Source of the DNA: Octopus sinensis
Taxonomy: Eukaryota
NCBI RefSeq assembly: GCF_006345805.1
Contig: NC_043014.1
Coordinates: 52,638,001 to 52,702,000, forward strand
Direction of reading: 5' to 3'
Length of the DNA: 64,000 nt
Part shown: in pieces, positions 57,050 through 64,000 of the stretch
Numbering within the stretch: position 1 is the first letter of the stretch
Layout: each line of letters opens with the position of its first letter
Notes under the pieces: generated by a model
Database searches by the model: none
Told to the model about the DNA's origin: nothing
Seen by the model: only the letters and a program-made list of their open reading frames with translations
Translations under genes and position numbers: made by a program

Positions 57050-57360
57050 TGCTCCCACTGCAGTAGGCATCCGTTGATTTCAAGGGACCACGGATGTGTG
57101 CCTGAGAATTTGTGTTAGCTGTTGATAGTGGTGCCACATCTGCTGTGGTGGCTGTACAGGCTTACATGCGAGTGGCAGTCACACAGACAATGGCTGCATT
57201 CGAAGAAGCCCTCTGCCATCACTATTGATCCGTTGTGGTAAGTTCCAGGTTCTCTTCCCCTCACTTCATTCTCTTTTTGCAGTTTTTGGCTCCAGTATGG
57301 GCAGTCATTTGCAACCTCCTCCCATTTCTGGATGTCCACATCTATTAACTTCATCTCTCT
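57050..57360 (-). mobile_element. 3' end of an RTE (BovB-like) LINE
   Basis: ORF 57115-57354: DIQKWEEVANDCPYW...FECSHCLCDCHSHVSLYSHHSRC matches the RTE C-terminal W..LA.DR..W and CxxC..SRIGL.SH.R.C motifs. The 3'UTR is gcacacatccgtggtcccttgaaatcaacggatgcc. Confidence 0.75.
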
Positions 57361-57979
57361 CTCTCTTGCTGATGTCCTTGTCCAAAGAAAAGCTAGTTTT
57401 GTGTGTGTGTGTGCGCTTTGCGTTATCTATTAACTAATATCAGTGTAGTCCTTCGTTATTTGAAGTTGAGAATAAACCCCCAATTTATTGATAATTCAAA
57501 TGTTTTATTACTAAAGATGGAATGGATACAGTTAGTTTACCAAATCAAAACCATTTTTTGCACATTTTTAAATTCCTGATTTCAAGGCAGATGACTCATA
57601 TGGCTCAGCATCGTTTCTAACTCATTTGTTCTGTGGCACATCCTTAATGCCACAGCACAAATGATGGATGGAGTTACTGCAACAGTAAATAAATGAAGTG
57701 AAACACTGAAATATTTTGTAGAATCTGCTAGATTGTATTTTCCAATCTGTGGCTTTTGAGACATTCTAGGGTCTGCGGATAACAGACAAGGTCTTTGACT
57801 TTGTTAGTGTCCTACTTCAAACATCAGATGGTGTTTGGGAAGTCACCTGGTTGTTTCTAGCATGTGTTATATTTGAGTGGGGTGTCTGTATACCCCTGGT
57901 TATTCACTGATTTCTTTTCTCTTTCTCATTTTTCTTACTATTTGCTTTTGTCAGTTATGTTCTTTTCCACTGGAGGAAA

Positions 57980-58100
57980 GTCGTCATCATTTAACACCTG
58001 TTTTCCATACTGGCATGGGTTAAACGGTTAGACAGGAACTGCTAACACCAACCACTTTGTAGAGTGTAGTGGGTGCTTTTGTTATTGCACCGGTAACCGC
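57980..58100. mobile_element. SINE-like repeat fragment
   Basis: catcatttaacacctgttttccatactggcatgggtt resembles a common Octopus-type repeat end, from memory. Confidence 0.4.
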
Positions 58101-59234
58101 GAGGCCACTATCTAACTTGCAAAATTGGTTAAGTGTACCCCTAATTCATGTTGTAGACATACAGGCAATCCTCAACATTGTTTCATTATAACATTCATGT
58201 GAAGTAATATAGAATAGTGTGAAATATAAATCCACCTAGGGTACCTAAAGTACATACCACAAAAATGAACTGTTGTTTACTATAATTTTTCCTTTCTTTT
58301 GGAACTTGTTTTCAATTCAGTAAAATAGAAAGAAATATATAAACGAGATTGAACAACAATACAAATCATTTTCTTTTTTTGTTTAGTTTTGTTTATCAAT
58401 ATTTAGCAAACAACATCAACATAGTCATCATATACACAGGTTGGCTGCCTTGAAACCAGCAGGCAGTGGTACCTACATGGTATCAGATTAAGGGCTTTAT
58501 CAAAGGACACAGTATTTCAGTTTGAATACACTTAACACACCACATCTTCACTTCAAAATATTCCCTGTAAATCAATACAAATTGGTTAATGGAGAAAGAA
58601 TAAACATTAATTGAAATATCTTGTGAAATTTTAATGGCTTTTGCACAGAAATTACGTCACTGCTACTTGCAAAGAACTGGAATTTACAATTAAACACATT
58701 CACGTGTCTTGAGGTGATGGGTTGTCGAGATTGTCATTTTCTGGAGGTAAAGGACCATGAGAATCCTTATTTTCTTCATTTTGAAAGGTAATCACAATAT
58801 CAAGAACTGGTGCAGATGATGATGATGCTGACGACAACAATGATGGCGGCAGCAGTGGTGGTCACACATCTCGGTGAATAGATATTGATTTTTCTAATGC
58901 TTCATAGTCTATTAGTGATTCTTCAGTCTTAATCGTCCGTGTTCTTCATGGCACACACTTCCAAAACATTGCTGCCTCGTCTACACAATAGTCATAGAAG
59001 TTCAATTCCATCTGATGCCAATGAGTCAAACGTTGTCCAGGGAATGCTTTTCTCCACACACTACATGAAACTTTAAACTATGTCAATCTTTGAAACTGGG
59101 AAGCCAAACCTTACCATAACCACAATATAAAATATATTTAAACATATATTAGAACTATATAAAGTGTGTGCATTTTCCTTCTTTTATTTTATATACACAC
59201 ACACACATATATATACATACATATATATATATAA

Positions 59235-59268
<34 letters not shown>

Positions 59269-59509
59269 ATATATACTTTATTAAAAAGCAGCAAAAATAT
59301 CACAAAAACTGTTACTCAGAGTTTCACGTTACCATTCATCACACAGTTTTGTTTACATTCTAAACAAAACAATCCAGCAAACAGGAACATGAAACCCGAG
59401 TAACAGTTTTTGGGATATTTTTGCTGCTTTTTAATAAAGCATATTCCTCAACCTCTGGTACTCGAGTACTATTTTTTCCACCTTCTTTCACATTTATGTG
59501 CTTACTCTG

Positions 59510-59650
<141 letters not shown>

Positions 59651-59985
59651 TGCACATATAGGTACAGGACATCACAAAACATAAACAACATGAAATACAA
59701 AGGCAAGCCTGGTATGCGAACAATGAAACAAACAAATGGAAGACAAGACAACTAACATACAGAACGACCCTTCATCAGTTGTTGGGTGTTTATCTCCACT
59801 CCATATTTCGAGCAATTCAGAACACTATGTGTCTTCGTTGTTTCATTTCGTTTGTTGTATGTCCAGTTTTTGTTACCAACTTTCACCTTCAGCAAAAACC
59901 AAATTTTATTTCGGTTTCCAGGAGCAACTCTTTCTCGAAGAAACATATTGTCATGAATTGCTTGAAATATATGTATTATTATATA

Positions 59986-60038
<53 letters not shown>

Positions 60039-60129
60039 GGGCATTCTTTAAATTATTTCTACACTCAGCTTTTTATTCGGTTGCTACATTTAGAATTCTG
60101 CAATCATGCACTGTATAGACATTTATGCT

Positions 60130-61430
60130 GCATTTCAGGATTTTTAGTATAAACGATTGCATATCTACAATTTTCTTCATTTCAAGGAATATACTTTCAA
60201 CCTCTGCCAGCACTTTATCTGGAGAATGGATTTTCGAGTATTTCCTTTGAAATAGTCTCAGTTTTGTTGTGAATTTGACAGTATTATGAGGACATCATCG
60301 TTGGGGAATATAATCTAGGCAATTGCAAACAAATGTCTTCCAACGGTTAAGCCTGATCTCTTCTGTTCTTTGGAATATTCATTGGCTCTACGCCCTTAAT
60401 TTTTTACAAATTTATCACATTTGTAATTTACACCTGGATGTCTTTTTTAATCCATTTACAACTCCCAAGGCCAACACTATTTTTTCACTCTGGTACAGCA
60501 ATTTCTTTTGGCATTTAAGTTCTTTTGGTGTCTTTAATAACTTTGAGGTTTTTACTACTTTCACAATCGTAGCACCCTTGCTGTAACTCATGAGGACAAC
60601 TGGGGATAAGTCTGATATAGAAGTTTCAAACGATGTCCCCAGAACAAAAACTAGTCCCCTCTATGGAAACCTGCAGAATGGTTAACCGTTCATTGCATGC
60701 AGGTATGTAAATATTGGAAAGGTACTGAGGTAAGGGTGCATCGGTAGTAGAAACAAGATTTCTGTCAGTGAGGAAATTAAAAAAAACCATTCACCATGTT
60801 TCTGACAATATGGTGGTCACAAATTTCATGGAATATTGTTGTGTGGCCATCTTTGTCAAGTCCAAATACATCCCTTCTACTTTTGATTGGTAAAGTAGCT
60901 GTTTTCACATCCAATTCTAATGTGGCAGTATTTGTTCTTGGACAGAATCTATATTGGGTTTCACACAAGTTATTTTACTCTTGGAACAGAATCAATTTGT
61001 GTTTGATGCTGAATTCTGTGATTTAACTGGTAGATGAAGTCAAAGATGCATGTCTATAATGTTTTGTGTTTGTCCTGCATCCTCATTTATGGCAAGAATA
61101 TACAACAGCTTTTTTATTGCTAATGGGAATTTTAATGTTCTCCAGAAGATTTTGGAAAGAAACTAAAGGACTTTGGTTAGAGGATTTTTACATATTTTTA
61201 GGAGAATTGTTGGGAAGCAATCAGGGTCCGGTGCTGAGTTTATATGTATTTTGTCTGAAACAGTTATTCCATCGATTTCTTCTACGTCCACGTAAGGCCA
61301 TGCTATTGAAAGTCTTTGTTGGCTTAGTTGTGTACCAGGAAAATGGTGAAGATATTAGAAGAGTCAGATATGCCATTCAGTTCTTTATTCTTTTGAAATT
61401 TAGCTGTATTAACATTATCAAGACATGTCA
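60130..61430 (-). mobile_element. Heavily decayed CR1/L2-group LINE reverse-transcriptase region
   Basis: Colinear degenerate motifs on the minus strand: NSAPDPDCFPTILLKIC (cf. SAxGPDG.P..LLK), HK*GCRTNTKHYRHASLTS (cf. K.G......NYRPISLTS), QYRFCPRT (cf. QHGFR.GRS), WFFNFLTDR, and YSL..RYAIVY (cf. YSLERRR.RY.I). Confidence 0.75.
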
Positions 61431-61552
61431 CTGATGTTCAACTTCATCAGAGACACAGAAACCACCACAATAACAGCAGTAACTATCAGGTGGGACACTG
61501 CCAAAATACAGCAGACACAGGAAAATGTTCTTCACAATTATGAAAAAACAAA

Positions 61553-63727
61553 CTAAGATAGACTGCAAAGAAAATTAAAAATATTCACAATGTCATCTCT
61601 GTGTCCACTTTGGCATTTCAACTGAGGAAAACTTTCTAAATGTTTTGGAATTTCTATATCTTCATGGTTACTGATCATAAAAATTTGACCAATGTTAGGT
61701 TGTCGATCTTCCATGATTTGTTTGGCATATTCAGTGTGGGTTAAAAACTCTGGTGATATAGTCTTTGAATGTTCTAAATAAATTCCAATATTGCAACTGT
61801 TTTCTAATATGGTACGAAGGTTTACAGTTTTATATTTTCCCAATATATAGTCACGATTACCAAATGTAACTTTTAACCCAAAGTATTTGTCTAGATTCAT
61901 TCCAATGTTTTCAGCCAGTTCTTCAGAGTTTGGGGATGTTAAAATATAGATATCATAATGAAAGTTAGTTACGATGTCATTCTTTGAACATGCTAACCCC
62001 GTTTTAGCATTGGTTTCAGAGCCAAATCCAAAACAAAGCTCATAACATTTTCTGAAGAACTCTTTGCTACAGTCAGGTTCTGTTTCTGTGAAATGCTTTC
62101 CTAAATTTACATAAATTTGTTTCATTAGCTTTACATCAACTTCATGGGGCTTAACTTCTGAAAACCTAAGACAAAGAAAAGCTTTAAAATATTGCTTATT
62201 TTTACAAAGTTTTCGTAACTTTCGTGATAATTCACTTTTATCACAATCCACGAGAAGTTTATTATAAAGTTCTTCATCATCACGGAGTTCCTCTACTGAC
62301 TCAATTAATTCCAACAGTTTTTCATTATACTCAATATACCCATGCTTATACACATCAGTCATAATATCCTTTATTCCCCAAATGTCTTTCAGCTTCTTCT
62401 GGAAAGGAAGAAATTCTATAGCAGATTTAATAGCAAGGAAGAACCTATCTGTTCCATCGTCTCTAAATTCTCGTTTCAACTCTTCATCATTTTCTTCTTC
62501 TGCTAGTATGAAATATAATCTTCCATACAAAATGTTAAAACTAATGTCTTGTATTTTAATATTTGTTTTAAATTGTTCACAACACTCCTGGGCATTTTCG
62601 TATTCTTTCAAAGCCAAATATAACAAAATCAAATCGTAGAGAACAGCTCCATTTTCTGGAGAAAGTTTAAGAGCTTCTTTAAAGTGATATTCTATTTTGC
62701 CAATGAATTCATTCCTTTCCAATTCAGGAATAGTTCTAGGATATTTAATAAGTTTTCCAAGTGTATTTTCTTCCACAGAAAACTCCTTCTTTGCAGTGAA
62801 ACATGTGAATTCTGGAATATGTATTTTTTGATAAGTTAATCCAAGATGATGATGAGAAAATGCTGTTGCATTTATTTCGATTGCTTTTACAAACAATTCT
62901 TTTGCTTTATCAAACTTATATAAAGTCTTATAAAAGTTAGCACACTTTTCCAAAACAAAACGGTCATCAGGGGCAAAATGAAGAGCTCTTTGAACATATT
63001 TTTCACTGAATTCCTGATTCTTATGACTATTACATTTCCTTGAAGGTCTCACTTTAAACAAAGCTAATAATGCTAACGTTTTCCCCATTAGGATCTTGTC
63101 AATACAGCGAGGAAAAGCACATCGTATTTTCTCTAAGTACTGTACTGCCTCTGTACTAATTGTGTTTTTTTTATCTTCATCAGAGATCTTTCTTAAACAA
63201 CGATACTGTAACAAAGCTACACCAAATAGACATGAATAATTGCCCGGACAAAAATTGGAAGCCTCTTTGTAAAGTTTGATAGCCCTCTCATAATCATTGA
63301 ATGATATTCGACTTAAACAATAAGCAACATTCATTTTACCTTCTGCTTCTATCTGTTGGAAATCTTCTCTTTTTTCAAGATTGTTAAGATAAACCATAAC
63401 CTCTTTTAACTTATTCATATTTTCATTGTACAGATGAATGAATGCAAGATTGGTTAATGCCAAGAGGTTGTCTGGATTAGTTTCTTGAACTTCATTGGCT
63501 AATCTTTCAGCTTCAATATTCTTATTTAGCTCCCACTGAATAAACACCAAGGTATTCTTGTGGCGAATCTCATCTTCTAAACCAGACACAGTATCGTTAC
63601 TTAATGAATTTTCCAGTTTTTTGTAAAGAGACAACCAATGATCTTTGGTGTAGTGAAAATATTCTCCCATTAAATTCGGAAATCTCTGAATTTTTTCTCT
63701 GTACAATTCTCTTCTGCTTTCGTCATC
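61553..63727 (-). CDS. Terminal coding exon (724 aa) of an IFIT/TTC22-like TPR protein with a C-terminal TIR-like domain; upstream exon(s) lie beyond the window
   Basis: 2,175-nt open frame with stop TAG at 61553-61555. A phase-0 acceptor ...ttttgtttttctttcag|GAT precedes it. TPR motifs are colinear with IFIT5/TTC22 (NPDNLLALTNLAFI; AYCLSR..YERAIKLYKEA..P.N..FGVA..YR; EKYVQRAL..VLEKCANFYK..KAKELF.KAIE..AFSHHHLGLTY). TIR boxes lie at the C-terminus. Confidence 0.9.
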   Translation of the reverse strand, partial: DDESRRELYREKIQRFPNLMGEYFHYTKDHWLSLYKKLENSLSNDTVSGLEDEIRHKNTLVFIQWELNKNIEAERLANEVQETNPDNLLALTNLAFIHLYNENMNKLKEVMVYLNNLEKREDFQQIEAEGKMNVAYCLSRISFNDYERAIKLYKEASNFCPGNYSCLFGVALLQYRCLRKISDEDKKNTISTEAVQYLEKIRCAFPRCIDKILMGKTLALLALFKVRPSRKCNSHKNQEFSEKYVQRALHFAPDDRFVLEKCANFYKTLYKFDKAKELFVKAIEINATAFSHHHLGLTYQKIHIPEFTCFTAKKEFSVEENTLGKLIKYPRTIPELERNEFIGKIEYHFKEALKLSPENGAVLYDLILLYLALKEYENAQECCEQFKTNIKIQDISFNILYGRLYFILAEEENDEELKREFRDDGTDRFFLAIKSAIEFLPFQKKLKDIWGIKDIMTDVYKHGYIEYNEKLLELIESVEELRDDEELYNKLLVDCDKSELSRKLRKLCKNKQYFKAFLCLRFSEVKPHEVDVKLMKQIYVNLGKHFTETEPDCSKEFFRKCYELCFGFGSETNAKTGLACSKNDIVTNFHYDIYILTSPNSEELAENIGMNLDKYFGLKVTFGNRDYILGKYKTVNLRTILENSCNIGIYLEHSKTISPEFLTHTEYAKQIMEDRQPNIGQIFMISNHEDIEIPKHLESFPQLKCQSGHRDDIVNIFNFLCSLS
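61565..61963 (-). other. TIR-like domain (~133 aa) at the C-terminus of the CDS
   Basis: Box1-like FHYDIYILTS, box2/BB-loop-like GLKVTFGNRDYILG, alphaB/betaC-like VNLRTILENSCNIGIYL. Spacing and length fit a TIR fold. Confidence 0.75.
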
Positions 63728-63775
63728 CTGAAAGAAAAACAAAATAGTGAATATGTATAAAATGTGTATTAAAAA
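63728..63775 (-). promoter_or_regulatory. 3' splice acceptor with polypyrimidine tract
   Basis: Minus strand: ttttttttaatacacattttatacatattcactattttgtttttctttcag|GATGACGAA. Protein similarity begins only after the AG. Confidence 0.8.
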
Positions 63776-64000
63776 AAGCATCACCATTATCGTTGGCAAG
63801 ATTCCAGGTTACTGAGACAAGGCTAAACCCTCCAAGTTAGATAAGGCTGATGCAGTGGAAGTTCATTTGGGGTTCCAGAGTTTGATGCCTTTCAAAAAAA
63901 AATACTGTCACCAGAAATGGAATTCCAGATGATAGCAGTTTTGTGGAAGAAGGATTGGTTTAGTACTCACTAACGTCTGTGTGTGTGCATGCATGATTGC

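Noticed and set aside
58900-59080. Possible additional RTE fragment (minus strand IPWTTFDSLASD...)
   Set aside because: One weak motif with surrounding stops; too degenerate to support.
59660-59990. Possible Penelope-type terminal repeat between microsatellites
   Set aside because: Only a compositional resemblance; no GIY-YIG or RT motif and no second copy in the window.
61066-62639. Plus-strand ORFs 61066-61434 and 62382-62639
   Set aside because: Antisense shadows of the LINE remnant and of the TPR-TIR exon, with no independent motifs.
63728-63799. Hydrophobic N-terminus MPTIMVMLFLIHILYIFTILFFFQ as a signal peptide or TM anchor of the 748-aa ORF
   Set aside because: It is the translated intronic polypyrimidine tract ending in a canonical cag acceptor. 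Homology starts after it.

Overview
AT-rich eukaryotic genomic DNA with spliceosomal intron signals, dense (TA)n/(TATG)n microsatellites and many decayed transposons. The repeat content looks cephalopod (Octopus-like), which is an inference from pattern recognition, not a search. There are three zones. (1) 1-14.9 kb is a transposon graveyard: two long foldback palindromes among (TA)n tracts, four RLE-endonuclease non-LTR retrotransposon (R4/Dong-like) 3' fragments, a Chapaev3-like DNA transposon remnant, a hAT-type MITE, a tRNA-derived SINE, a Ty3/Gypsy protease-RT remnant and an RTE 3' end carrying an 18-bp minisatellite. (2) 14,884-55,726 is a complete ~40.8-kb tandem array of a 41-bp monomer (~996 copies). 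It has a homogeneous core, diverged ends and multi-kb internal duplications that can be read from rare variants. (3) 55.7-64 kb holds RTE and CR1-like LINE remnants and the only convincing host gene: a 2,175-nt terminal coding exon on the minus strand (63,727->61,553). This exon encodes an IFIT/TTC22-like TPR array followed by a C-terminal TIR-like domain. That putative sensor-TIR fusion is the most interesting item in the window. All family assignments come from recognised motifs; no database searches were run.
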